Part shown: positions 1 to 8,979 of the stretch, piece after piece | Numbering within the stretch: the stretch's first letter is position 1 | Layout: every line of letters begins with the position of its first letter | Source of the DNA: Trueperaceae bacterium | GTDB lineage: Bacteria; Deinococcota; Deinococci; Deinococcales; Trueperaceae | Direction of reading: 5' to 3' | DNA length: 64,000 bases | Assembly (NCBI GenBank): GCA_965213925.1 | Contig: OZ243927.1 | Coordinates: 3,840,001 to 3,904,000, forward strand | Program-made: the position numbers and the translations under genes | Notes under the pieces: generated by a model | Seen by the model: only the letters and a program-made list of their open reading frames with translations | Told to the model about the DNA's origin: nothing | The model's database searches: none

Positions 1-211
1 TGTGAACACGGCAGCCGAGGAAGGTTTAGACGCCTTTTTAACGGGAGAGCCCAAGCACGAGGTTTTCTACGATTCGTTTGAGCAAGGCATCAACGCCCTT
101 TTCGCAGGGCACTATATGACCGAGACCGTCGGGGTGAGTTTATTAGCGGACAAGTTGGAGCAAGAGTTCGGTCTCGCCACCGAATTTATCCTTTTACCGA
201 CTGGACTATAA
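1..211 (+). CDS. Nif3/YbgI-like dinuclear metal-centre protein, C-terminal part (truncated by window start)
   Basis: C-terminal motifs LTGEPKH and AGHYMTET typical of NIF3 family. Confidence 0.85.
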   Translation, partial: VNTAAEEGLDAFLTGEPKHEVFYDSFEQGINALFAGHYMTETVGVSLLADKLEQEFGLATEFILLPTGL

Positions 212-262
212 AAATGATTAAAGATAAAAGAGGAAAGACAAAAGGTGGCCTCTTATCATTCT

Positions 263-907
263 ATGGCTAAAGGCTTTTTCATCGCCTTCGAAGGTCCAGA
301 AGGGAGCGGCAAGTCTACGCAGATTCGGCGGCTAGCGGAGAAGTTAGAAGGGGTCGGGCGTAATTTCGTCGTAACCAAAGAGCCAGGGGGGACGCCTGCA
401 GGGGATGCCATTCGCACCGTACTTCTCGACCCTGGCTTGAGAATTGACCCTTTACCCGAATTTTTGCTCTACTCCGCGAGCCGCGCGCAGCATGTGGAAG
501 AGGTCATCAAACCTGCTTTAGACGCGGGCAAGCTCGTTATCAGTGACCGCTTCGCGGGGGCGTCGGTAGCGTATCAGGGGTACGGGCGGGGGCTCGAGCT
601 TCCCTTCATCCGGGAGTTGACCTCTCGAGTTACCAATGGCATTCACCCTGACCTCACGCTCCTTTTGGATATGGAGCCGGAAAGAGGTTTGGAGCGCGTC
701 GCAAAGAGGGGGCACAAGGATAGGCTCGAGCGAGCCGACCTCAGTTTCCACCGGGAGGTGCGTAGAGGGTTTTTAGGGCAAGCGAAAGAGGACGAAAGCT
801 GGATCGTGCTGGACGCGGAGCAGAGCGAAGAGGTCGTGACCAAGATGATTTGGGACGCGCTCAATGAGCGATACATCGGGAAGAAGGGGACGTTCGGACA
901 ACGCTAA
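263..907 (+). CDS. tmk: Thymidylate kinase
   Basis: FIAFEGPEGSGKST P-loop, TKEPGGT, DRF..S.AYQG; ATG at 263 preferred over GTG 245. Confidence 0.95.
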   Translation: MAKGFFIAFEGPEGSGKSTQIRRLAEKLEGVGRNFVVTKEPGGTPAGDAIRTVLLDPGLRIDPLPEFLLYSASRAQHVEEVIKPALDAGKLVISDRFAGASVAYQGYGRGLELPFIRELTSRVTNGIHPDLTLLLDMEPERGLERVAKRGHKDRLERADLSFHREVRRGFLGQAKEDESWIVLDAEQSEEVVTKMIWDALNERYIGKKGTFGQR

Positions 908-982
908 AGATAGCGCCGCACCCGACCGAACAGGTGAACTCCAGGCTAGAAGAAGCACAGCTAAGGCTATGCTACAGCAGAA

Positions 983-1015
983 AAGCAGCTTCTCCCGCTA
1001 AGGAAGAAGCTGCTT
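983..1015. terminator. Hairpin between convergent tmk and tRNA-Asp
   Basis: AAGCAGCTTC...GAAGCTGCTT inverted repeat with adjacent A-run (U-run on minus strand). Confidence 0.65.
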
Positions 1016-1019
1016 GATA

Positions 1020-1095
1020 TGGCGGAGCCGACGGGATTTGAACCCGCGACCTTCTGCGTGACAGGCAGATATGCTAACCGCTACACTACGGCTCC
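1020..1095 (-). tRNA. tRNA-Asp (GTC)
   Basis: Reverse complement GGAGCCGTAGTGTAGCGGTTAGCATATCTGCCTGTCACGCAGAAGGTCGCGGGTTCAAATCCCGTCGGCTCCGCCA: cloverleaf, GTC anticodon, encoded CCA. Confidence 0.97.
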
Positions 1096-1313
1096 ACGCT
1101 CTGCAAGAGACAAGTATAAAGGCTGCGTTCGCGGCTTGTCAACATAGGGCGTCACCTCTATTCCGCCAAGGGCGCGACATTACAAGAGGTCGAAGAAAGG
1201 GCGAGGGCGCAGAAGAAGCGGATACAGCTTTGAGAAGGCGGCAGTTAAAGACGTTTGCATCCTCCTTTCCATATTGACCTTCCTCACTACACCGTTAGAT
1301 AAAAAATGACTCA

Positions 1314-1435
1314 TGTCATTCTGAGCGGAGCACAGCGGAGAGAAAGAATCTCGCCTTGCAATCTCGGCTAGCCGAGATTGCAAGGCGAGACCCTTCGACA
1401 ACCGGGCTTCGCCATACTTCGTGAACAGGGTGACA
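1314..1435. repeat. TGTCA...TGACA-bounded palindromic repeat element (REP/MITE-like), copy 1
   Basis: Terminal TGTCATTCTG / CAGGGTGACA; perfect 42-bp internal palindrome 1349-1390; homologous to 10145-10264 in opposite orientation. Confidence 0.8.
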
Positions 1436-1466
1436 ACAGTGTCACAAAACCTAGCTGACACTGTAC

Positions 1467-1919
1467 CTACCGCTTCTGCCGAAAGTTCTGAATCTTCGCT
1501 GTAAGGATGAAGTCGCCGTCATAGAGGTAGAATTCTTGCAGCTCCAAACCTTCCACCTGCTGATTCATGAGCGCCTGGATGTCTAAGAGCACCCTCGGCT
1601 CGCGCTCGCCGCGCTGAATAAGGACGCCCTCGGGCAGCGGGATGCGCTCGGTGATGAGGTTGAGGAGGCGGTGTAGAGGAATTATAAAGACGTTCGTAGC
1701 GAGGTCGAAGGTGGCGACGCCCGCCGCGAAGCTGCGGAAGGTCAGCTCGAGCCTCACCTTAGGCGCAATCCGGTGCAGCGTCTGGGGCAAGGAGGTCTTG
1801 GGGTCGATAGTCACGTGAATGGTGTTGCCCCGCGCGATGATGCGCTCGATTTGTGGCGGCAGCGGCTTGCCGCTGGTGGCAAGGTCGATGGCTTCGGGAA
1901 AGGGTAAAACGAGTTGCAT
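1467..1919 (-). CDS. Hypothetical protein
   Basis: 150-aa ORF with plausible composition, no recognisable motif. Confidence 0.65.
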   Translation of the reverse strand: MQLVLPFPEAIDLATSGKPLPPQIERIIARGNTIHVTIDPKTSLPQTLHRIAPKVRLELTFRSFAAGVATFDLATNVFIIPLHRLLNLITERIPLPEGVLIQRGEREPRVLLDIQALMNQQVEGLELQEFYLYDGDFILTAKIQNFRQKR

Positions 1920-2123
1920 CTAGCGTTCTCCGTTTTGAATCCTATAGCGGTGTAAGTTGGGAAGGCGTGCGGATTGTTTGAGCAGCTCCAGAGCGTGCCG
2001 AGACGGTTGAGCGCAGAGACTATCTCCGAGCGCGCATACTTATCAACGTTCTCCTCAGCGAGCGTGTCTTCAACCCGTTCCGACCGGCGGGAAACTTGAG
2101 ACACTTGCTATTTTAGCGTAAGT

Positions 2124-2966
2124 CTAACGCCACCGCCCTAATGCCCTAGCGACCCTCGAGTCGAGTCTGTCAAAGTCCTCTTCGGTCACGTCCACCAAAG
2201 ACTTTTCCAAGAGGTGCGCTAAGTAGCAGCGCGCGGCGCTCTCTAGGTGCGGCTTGTAGGTCGGGTCGGCGAGCACTTGCGGGAGGAGTTCTTGGAGCTT
2301 CTCTTTGAGGTAGCTCCTAGCGAGATAAACCGCCACCTGCCTTTCGTCGCCACTGAGCAGCGGCGTCGCGTGAGCGGGGTTGACGGCGAGTTGATGGCTC
2401 GAGCGTTGGACCAGTCGAGACTCGGCGTAGCGCTTGCAGACGGTGCAGAGCGCGCCGTCCTCTATCAAGGTGTCGCAGATGACGCAGGGCGTCCAGCCCT
2501 CAGCTAAGCGCCTTGAGCGGTACGCGAGCATCGCTTTGGCAGCCTGCATGGTGGGTCTGGAGAGGTCGTCGGGCAAATCTAACGCGCCGAGTTGCCGCGC
2601 GAGCGTGGCGAGGGCTTTGGGGTCGACGGGCGCTTCGGCGGGCTTCTCTTCGGGTGCGTCTGGCGCGGCGGGTCGCCCCACCCGAAAGCGCACCTCTTTC
2701 ACGTCCTTCACGCCGAACTTCGCCCGGTACACGTTCAGAAACTTCTGCCGCTGAAAGCTCAGGTGCATCGCCGTCTCCGAGTCCGGCACCTCCACGAAGA
2801 GCGTGCCGTCCTGGACGCTCCGCGCAGTGGTGAACCTCGCGACGTTCGCGCCGACCACCTGCGGCCATAAGAGCACCGCCTCGGCGCGTCTGACGCCGCG
2901 CCGCATCCCGCCGCGCTTAAAGACTTCGGCGAGGACGTCAGCGACGTTGCTCGGCTTATTCGCCAT
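2124..2966 (-). CDS. DUF721/DciA-family protein with Zn-ribbon (CxxC-x8-CxxC)
   Basis: WPQVVG...ARFTTARSVQDGTLFVEV DUF721 pattern; CVIC...CTVC; overlaps recF 3' end. Confidence 0.8.
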   Translation of the reverse strand: MANKPSNVADVLAEVFKRGGMRRGVRRAEAVLLWPQVVGANVARFTTARSVQDGTLFVEVPDSETAMHLSFQRQKFLNVYRAKFGVKDVKEVRFRVGRPAAPDAPEEKPAEAPVDPKALATLARQLGALDLPDDLSRPTMQAAKAMLAYRSRRLAEGWTPCVICDTLIEDGALCTVCKRYAESRLVQRSSHQLAVNPAHATPLLSGDERQVAVYLARSYLKEKLQELLPQVLADPTYKPHLESAARCYLAHLLEKSLVDVTEEDFDRLDSRVARALGRWR

Positions 2967-4008
2967 GATCTAACCCCACACTGACCTGACCCCCTGATAC
3001 GAAAAAATGCTTCACCGCGTGCGGCGGCGCTTCGGTGCCGCTCACCAAGGCTTGCGGCGTATCTGCGGCGAGCGAGAGCAAGAACTCGCGGCGTCCCGCG
3101 TCGAGTTCGGCGGTGAAGTCGTCGAGGAGCAAGACGGGCGCTTCGCGGTGCTTCTCATTCAAAAGTCTGTACTCGGCGACGCGCAGGGCGAGGGCGGCGG
3201 TGCGGGCTTCGCCCCTCGAGCCGTACGTCTGCACGCTGTAACCGCCGAGCGTCAACACGAGGTCGTCGCGGTGTGGTCCGACTACGGTGACGCCGCGGGC
3301 GCGTTCTTCGTCTTCGCTCGCAAGGAGCGCTGTTTCTAAGTCCGGTCCGTCCGCGCTCGCCAAGTTCACACCGAGTTCTTTGTCCTGCCCCGAAATCTCC
3401 GCGTAGCTCGCCCTTGCAATCTCCCGGATGCGCCCGACCGCCCGCTCCCTCAGCGCCATGATTTCACCCCCAAGCTCGACAAAGCGCTCCGTCCACACGC
3501 TCAGGCTCGGGTCGAATCGTTTAAGGCTCGCGTTGCGCTGTTCCACCACCCGATTATACTCGCGGCTGAGGAGCGCGTAGCGGTACGAGAGGCGGCTCAA
3601 GAGCGAGTCGAGGTAGTGCCGCCTCGAGGCGGGCGAGCCGTGGACCATGTCGGCGTCCTCGGGCGTGATGAGCACCGCCGCCGCGACTTTGGCGAGGTCG
3701 AAGGTGCGCACGTTCTGCCCGTCCAAGCGGATGACTTTTCGCCCCGGCGCGAGCCCGACTTGCGTGGTGCTGACCCCGTCCTCGCGCTCAATCTGCGCGC
3801 TCACGAAGCCCTCCTCTTCGCCGATGCGCACCGTCTCGGCGATTTTGCCGCCCGGCAGTTCGCCCGTGCAGCCCAGATACGCCGCCTCTAACACGTTCGA
3901 CTTGCCCGCCGCGTTGCGCCCGACGACGGCGTTGATGCCTGGTGAGAACTCGAGCCTCGGCGTGAGCAGATTGCGGTAGTTGAGTTGCGACAGCGACAGC
4001 AAGAGCAC
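2956..4008 (-). CDS. recF: DNA replication/repair protein RecF
   Basis: NYRN, GRNAAGKSN Walker A, GPHRDDL, GSRGE, PVLLLDD. Confidence 0.97.
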   Translation of the reverse strand: MLLLSLSQLNYRNLLTPRLEFSPGINAVVGRNAAGKSNVLEAAYLGCTGELPGGKIAETVRIGEEEGFVSAQIEREDGVSTTQVGLAPGRKVIRLDGQNVRTFDLAKVAAAVLITPEDADMVHGSPASRRHYLDSLLSRLSYRYALLSREYNRVVEQRNASLKRFDPSLSVWTERFVELGGEIMALRERAVGRIREIARASYAEISGQDKELGVNLASADGPDLETALLASEDEERARGVTVVGPHRDDLVLTLGGYSVQTYGSRGEARTAALALRVAEYRLLNEKHREAPVLLLDDFTAELDAGRREFLLSLAADTPQALVSGTEAPPHAVKHFFVSGGQVSVGLDHGE

Positions 4009-4334
4009 GGCGTAGTTTAACCGAGAAGAGGAAGTAAAGCGTAGGAGTATTTAGGCGTTACCTATCTTGATTCTTACTTCGGTAGTGGATCAAGGTCGAA
4101 TGACGCGCCTCATGAACGGAATTCAACTCCCACTAGCAAACAAACCTTGTTCATAGTCAGTGAGCATTTTAGAGAAAGCCGCTACCCTTACTTCTTTAGT
4201 CTTGCTCTTTGCTTCCCTATTCTTTGTTCAGTTAGGATAAACAGCTTTTAACCCCTTCTAACCCATTCGAAAAATGACGCGGCGTGCGTGAGAAGGCTCA
4301 AATCGTATAAGGCTCGTTTCCAAAGGGGTGTCCT

Positions 4335-4658
4335 ATGCGCAAGCTCATCGTTCCTGCGATGGCGCGTTTGCTGCGCAAGTTCGGTTGGGAAGGGCAGCGC
4401 GTCTACCGTCACCCCGACGGCGAAGTGTGGCGCGAGTCTGCCCTCGACGCGGAGGTGAACGTGCCTGACTTCAACGACCCGCGTTTACCTGTGGGTACTC
4501 AGTTCTTCGGAGAGCTTTACCTCTTGGACGAGGACTCGAGGGCGTTGCAGCGGGAGCTTCGCGACGTTTGGGCACGCTACGCGGACAAGGTCGAGCGAGA
4601 TAGTCCGGTCCACAAAAAGTACGCTTTAGAGGTCGCGTTTTTGAAGCTCGAGCCTTGA
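4335..4658 (+). CDS. Hypothetical protein (resembles C-terminal half of Deinococcota winged-HTH regulators)
   Basis: 107-aa ORF with AAGGGG RBS; family resemblance is from memory only. Confidence 0.45.
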   Translation: MRKLIVPAMARLLRKFGWEGQRVYRHPDGEVWRESALDAEVNVPDFNDPRLPVGTQFFGELYLLDEDSRALQRELRDVWARYADKVERDSPVHKKYALEVAFLKLEP

Positions 4659-4704
4659 ACCAAGCGCTGCACAAGTTTGGATAGAGCCGCGCCTTCCCAC
4701 CACG

Positions 4705-4956
4705 CTACGGACGTGGATTGCGCCCCTCTCGCCAGCCCCCGTCCGCGCCACCCGCCCAGTAGTGCACGCCGCCCGGACGTGTCTGCAACACCTCGACCAC
4801 CGTTTCTAGCGGGATGCGGTAGGCGAAGCGGGTTTTGAGGTACCACAGCTCGAGCGCCCCTTTTAACCTTTCTCTGCTCTGATTCAAGACGCCTAAACGT
4901 TCCGCGTAGACGAGCGAGCGGTTGATGGCGAGGTCGAAAAGCGCGTCTCTGGGCAC
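4705..4956 (-). CDS. Small hypothetical protein
   Basis: GTG start immediately after tyrA stop (GAGGATGAC-GTG); ALELWYLKTRFAYRIPL core. Confidence 0.65.
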   Translation of the reverse strand: MPRDALFDLAINRSLVYAERLGVLNQSRERLKGALELWYLKTRFAYRIPLETVVEVLQTRPGGVHYWAGGADGGWREGRNPRP

Positions 4957-4957
4957 G

Positions 4958-6046
4958 TCATCCTCGCCCCCTCGCCTCGTAACCCGCCGCTGTGAGCGCG
5001 CGCGTCCCCTCCCTGAGTTGCGCCTCGTCCTCGAAGGCGAGCCGCACCGCGCCGCCCGCTTCGCGGATGCCCAGCACTTCGATGTCCTTGATGTTGACAC
5101 CCGCCTCGCCCAGCGCCCTCGTGATCTTGGCAAGCTCCCCGGCGCGGTCAGGCACGGCGATGACGACCTCGAAGCGGGCGGGCAAGAGACCGCGCTTGAC
5201 GATGGGGAAGCTGTCGCGGGTGTGCTTGGCGGCTTCAGCTTGGTCTAACATATCGTTGGGCTCGTCTAAAAGGGTTTCCAAGCGCCCCAACTGAGCCCGG
5301 AACCGCTCTAAGGTGCGGCGGAGCGCCGCTTTGTTGCCTACGACCATGTCGCGGCTCATGCGCGGGCTACCCGACGCCACGCGGGTCAGGTCGCGAAAAC
5401 CGCCCGCGGCGAGGAGCATCATGAGGTCGCGGTCGTCGTCCTCGGCGATGAGTTGGGTTAGAGCGACGGCGGCGAGGTAAGGAACGTGGCTCACGGCGGC
5501 GACCAAGCGGTCGTGTTGGGCGGGGTCGGTTTGAATCGGCTTCGCGCCTAAGTGGGTGACGAAGGTTTGGACGCGCCCGAGCGCCTCAGCGTCCGTCGTT
5601 TCGTCCGGCGTCAAGACCCACACCGCGTTTTCCAAAAGCGCCGCGTCCGCGTTCTGCACGCCAATGCGCTCGCTCCCCGCCATCGGATGCCCGCCGACGA
5701 AGCGCAGGTCTCTGAGCGCCGCGCAGATGTCCGCCTTGACGCTGCCGACGTCAGAGAGGATAGTTTGAGGGCTTAAAAACGGCTCGAGCCCTCTGGCGAG
5801 CGGCACAATCGTTTTGGCGGGCGACGCGAGGATGACGAGGTCGACTTCTCGTAACCAAGCGCCGGGGCGAAGCTGCGCCTCGTCGATCACCCCTAAACCG
5901 ACCGCAGCTTCTAACGCCGCCGGGTCTCGGTCTAACCCGATCACCTTGTTCGCCAAAAACCGCTGACGAATCCCCAGGCCTACCGAACCACCGATAAGCC
6001 CGACGCCAGCGATGGCAACGGTGTTGAAGAGGGACTTGGGACGCAT
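4958..6046 (-). CDS. tyrA: Prephenate dehydrogenase with C-terminal ACT domain
   Basis: GVGLIGGS, DVGSVK, GGHPMAGSE, HD...SHVP, GGFRDLTRVA; ACT motif PDRAGEL. Confidence 0.93.
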   Translation of the reverse strand: MRPKSLFNTVAIAGVGLIGGSVGLGIRQRFLANKVIGLDRDPAALEAAVGLGVIDEAQLRPGAWLREVDLVILASPAKTIVPLARGLEPFLSPQTILSDVGSVKADICAALRDLRFVGGHPMAGSERIGVQNADAALLENAVWVLTPDETTDAEALGRVQTFVTHLGAKPIQTDPAQHDRLVAAVSHVPYLAAVALTQLIAEDDDRDLMMLLAAGGFRDLTRVASGSPRMSRDMVVGNKAALRRTLERFRAQLGRLETLLDEPNDMLDQAEAAKHTRDSFPIVKRGLLPARFEVVIAVPDRAGELAKITRALGEAGVNIKDIEVLGIREAGGAVRLAFEDEAQLREGTRALTAAGYEARGRG

Positions 6047-6058
6047 AAAAGAAGGTTA

Positions 6059-6147
6059 AAGGACTGAGGACTGAGGTGAAAGAGAGCTTTCTCTTAGCCC
6101 CTCCGCTTTGCGGAAACTCACGTAACAGTCCTTTTCTCTCAGTCCTT
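6059..6147. repeat. GACTGAG heptamer inverted-repeat element
   Basis: AAGGACTGAGGACTGAG ... CAGTCCTT, CTCAGTCCTT; same unit at 17240-17284. Confidence 0.6.
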
Positions 6148-7179
6148 CTAAAGCTCCTTCCCTACCGCCGCCACGACCCCGCGAAGCTGACCCATCAACC
6201 CCGCAAACTCCGCGCCATTAAGCTGCTGCGCCGCGTCGGACTTGGCGTTTTCGGGCTCGGGGTGGACTTCGACGATGAGACCGTCCGCGCCCGCCGCAGC
6301 GCCCGCAAGCGCCAAAGAGGTCACGAGGCTGCGCCGCCCCGCCGCGTGGCTCGGGTCGACCCAGACGGGCAGGTGCGTCAGCTCTTTGAGGACGGGCACG
6401 GCGGACACGTCCAGGGTAAAGCGCGTGGAGGTCTCGAAGGTGCGGATGCCGCGCTCGCACAAGACCACGTTGGGGTTGCCCTGCGAGAGGATGTATTCGG
6501 CGGCTTGCAGAAACTCGCTGATGCTCGTCGAGATGCCACGCTTAAAGAGCACGGGCTTGCCCGACTTGCCGACCTCGGCTAAAAGCGCGAAGTTCTGCGA
6601 GTTGCGCGCGCCGAGCTGAAACATGTCGGCGGTTTCCCCGACGACCTCGACCAGCTCGGGCGCGGTGACTTCCGTGACGATGGGCATCCCGGTCTCTTGA
6701 CGCGCTTGCGCCAAAATCTCCAAACCCGCTTTGCCCAGCCCTTGGAAGGAGTAGGGGCTCGTCCTCGGTTTGAACGCGCCGCCGCGCAGGACGCGCGCGC
6801 CGTGCTCCTTGGCGATGTGCGCCGCGCTCACCGTTTGCTCGACGTTTTCGACGCCGCACGGTCCCGCCGCGACGGTGAAGCGTCCGTTGCCCGTCGCCAC
6901 GCCACCTTTCGCTGCCTCGCCGATCATCACCTCGGAGTCGTCGTGGCGAAATTCGCGGCTGGCGAGCTTGAAGGGTTTAGTGATGGCTAAAACATTGTCG
7001 ACGTGGTTGAACCCGCGCAGATGCTCGCGAATATCCGTGGTCGGGGCAGGACCGATCGCGCCAATCAGCGTGCGCGACTCGCCCTGGCTGATGTGCGGGG
7101 TAAAGCCCAAGCTGCTGACCTCTTCTAAGATTCGCTCGATCGCCGTTTGCGGGGCGTTTTTCTCCATGACAATAACCAT
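6148..7179 (-). CDS. aroF: DAHP synthase (class I-beta, N-terminal regulatory domain)
   Basis: AGPCGVE, RGGAFKPRTSPYSFQGLG, GARNSQNF, CERGIRTFE, DPSH. Confidence 0.95.
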   Translation of the reverse strand: MVIVMEKNAPQTAIERILEEVSSLGFTPHISQGESRTLIGAIGPAPTTDIREHLRGFNHVDNVLAITKPFKLASREFRHDDSEVMIGEAAKGGVATGNGRFTVAAGPCGVENVEQTVSAAHIAKEHGARVLRGGAFKPRTSPYSFQGLGKAGLEILAQARQETGMPIVTEVTAPELVEVVGETADMFQLGARNSQNFALLAEVGKSGKPVLFKRGISTSISEFLQAAEYILSQGNPNVVLCERGIRTFETSTRFTLDVSAVPVLKELTHLPVWVDPSHAAGRRSLVTSLALAGAAAGADGLIVEVHPEPENAKSDAAQQLNGAEFAGLMGQLRGVVAAVGKEL

Positions 7180-7291
7180 GCTGAACTCCTGTACTCGTCG
7201 TAGGTGAGTAGCCCGCGCGAGGCTCGAGGTCCTTCACGAACCTTCCTTGCGCCGACCTACTCAATGTTGATGGATAGCTGCAGGAGACCTC

Positions 7292-7360
7292 TTAAAGATA
7301 ATCCGCCGAGAGGTCATCCGCGCATTGCCGAAAGCTCATATAACCATAGCCATCGTCCAC
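7292..7360 (-). CDS. Putative aroF leader peptide (MDDGYGYMSFRQCADDLSADYL)
   Basis: GGAGG SD 7 nt before GTG; 3 Tyr + 1 Phe codons; lies between promoter and aroF. Confidence 0.6.
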   Translation of the reverse strand: MDDGYGYMSFRQCADDLSADYL

Positions 7361-7392
7361 AGAACCACCTCCCTTGTGCGTAAGCATGAGAA

Positions 7393-7420
7393 ACTCTATC
7401 AGATTTTCGGCGTGTGTCAA
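7393..7420 (-). promoter_or_regulatory. sigma70-type promoter for aroF-tyrA
   Basis: TTGACA-N16-TAGAGT with TGn extension. Confidence 0.65.
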
Positions 7421-7629
7421 GCTGGTAAAGATGAACGCTGCGCGCGGTCTCAGCAAAGGGTTAAAAAACTATCATGAGCCGTGCGTAAACTTTGGGGTGG
7501 ATGGTCTTCTTTTGGTCTACATTTTTTGGTGTATGTCGGCGTAGCTGCGTCACATCTAAGGCGTAGCCATGTCAGACGCCTTTCGTACCCGCTAGGATGA
7601 CCACAAACCTCACGATGACGGGAGACACA

Positions 7630-8895
7630 ATGAGGTCATACATAACGAACCGGAGCGCCGCGGCGCTCCTTCTCTGCTTGGGGCTCACCGCGCTACTCAG
7701 CGCGTGCTCGGACGTAACGGACGAGGGCACGAAACCGAACGACGCTTCCTTGACCGGGCAGACGGTGGACGAGAGGTTGCTCGAGCTTAACCGCGACACT
7801 GAAGGCTTCGGCGGCTTGTTCTATGGTGAGGACGGCACGCTCAACGTTTATATGAAGCGCGGCGAAATCAGGGCGCTGTCGCGAGAGACGCTGCGGACCA
7901 CCTTCGCGGACTATTTGGCGCGTCCCATACGCGGCACGCTGAGCGTGCAAAAGAAGCGTGAGATAAACGTTTTAGAAGGGGATTACAGCTTTAGAGAGTT
8001 GCTCGAGTGGCGCTCGGAGGTTGACGCGCTGGGGCTCGAAGGTGTCGTTCTCACGGACGCGGACGAGCGCCTCAACCGCGTGCGCGTCGGCGTGACGGGC
8101 GCAGCAGTGAAGGCTGCGCTCGAAGCGCGATTAGGCGCGCTCGGCATCCCTAAAAAAGCGCTCGTGATCGAGAAAGTCGCACCGTTTAAGACGGCGGCGA
8201 GCTTGCGCGGCGACGTTCGTCCGCTCGTGGGCGGCGTCGAGATAGGCTTCAGCGACTTCGTCTGCACGCTCGGGTTCAACGCCTCGCGCCGCGGCGAGCG
8301 CGGCTTCGTCACCAACTCGCACTGCACGGACGAGCAAGGGGGGGTCGAAGGGACGCGCTACACGCAAGGGAGCGGCAGGGTCGGCACGGAACGCGCTGAC
8401 CCTAAGTACGGTGACATCAAGAACTGCCCACCGGGGCGCGACTGCCGCCTGAGCGACAGCGCCTTCGTAAAGGTGAGCGGGGCGAAACGCACGGTCGGCG
8501 GCGTCGCGCGCACGTCCAGTCAGAACGACTTTTCAAACCCCGACCTGAGGATAGCCGGGCAGCTCGAGATCGCGGGCGAAGAAGCGACCTCGTTTAGCGG
8601 CGAAGAACTCGACAAGATAGGACGCTCGACGGGCTGGACCTACGGCGACGTCGAAGAGACCTGCGTCACCGTCGACGTGTATGACGAAAACGGCGACACC
8701 GGGCTCACGCTGCTCTGCCAAAACATCATCGAGTCGGGTATTAAAAGCGGCGACAGCGGCGCGCCTGTGTTTCGTTTTGCAGGCGGGGGCAAGGTCTACT
8801 TGCGCGGTATCCTTTGGGGCGGTGACGGCGCGGCGTTCGTCTTTAGCCCCATCGACCAGGTTCGCAAGGAGCTGAGGGTCTCTGATACGTATTGA
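7630..8895 (+). CDS. Lipoprotein S1 (chymotrypsin-like / alpha-lytic-type) serine protease with pro-domain
   Basis: Lipobox LSAC; CTLGF, TNSHC (His), DSA (Asp), GDSG (Ser); GGAG RBS before ATG 7630. Confidence 0.85.
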   Translation: MRSYITNRSAAALLLCLGLTALLSACSDVTDEGTKPNDASLTGQTVDERLLELNRDTEGFGGLFYGEDGTLNVYMKRGEIRALSRETLRTTFADYLARPIRGTLSVQKKREINVLEGDYSFRELLEWRSEVDALGLEGVVLTDADERLNRVRVGVTGAAVKAALEARLGALGIPKKALVIEKVAPFKTAASLRGDVRPLVGGVEIGFSDFVCTLGFNASRRGERGFVTNSHCTDEQGGVEGTRYTQGSGRVGTERADPKYGDIKNCPPGRDCRLSDSAFVKVSGAKRTVGGVARTSSQNDFSNPDLRIAGQLEIAGEEATSFSGEELDKIGRSTGWTYGDVEETCVTVDVYDENGDTGLTLLCQNIIESGIKSGDSGAPVFRFAGGGKVYLRGILWGGDGAAFVFSPIDQVRKELRVSDTY

Positions 8896-8904
8896 TACGA
8901 GGTT

Positions 8905-8936
8905 GCACGGCTTAGTTTTGCAAACTAAGCCGTGCC
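8905..8936. terminator. Hairpin after protease gene
   Basis: GCACGGCTTAGTTT...AAACTAAGCCGTGC. Confidence 0.6.
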
Positions 8937-8979
8937 CGTCCGTGACGGCAAGTTAAAACGTCCTCCGTAGGGATAAGTA

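Noticed and set aside
1020..1095. tRNA as integration site of a prophage/island
   Set aside because: No integrase and no duplicated tRNA 3' end seen in the window
1180..1461. ORFs 1180..1461(-) and 10085..10414(+) sharing VTLFTKYGEA
   Set aside because: Similarity comes from the non-coding palindromic repeat, not a protein family
4957..5133. N-terminal extension of ORF 4705..5133
   Set aside because: Overlaps tyrA in another frame; GTG at 4956 is more plausible
7337..7354. Alternative tiny ORF MAMVI in the aroF leader
   Set aside because: SD spacing (13 nt) is poorer than for the GTG ORF and it has no aromatic codons
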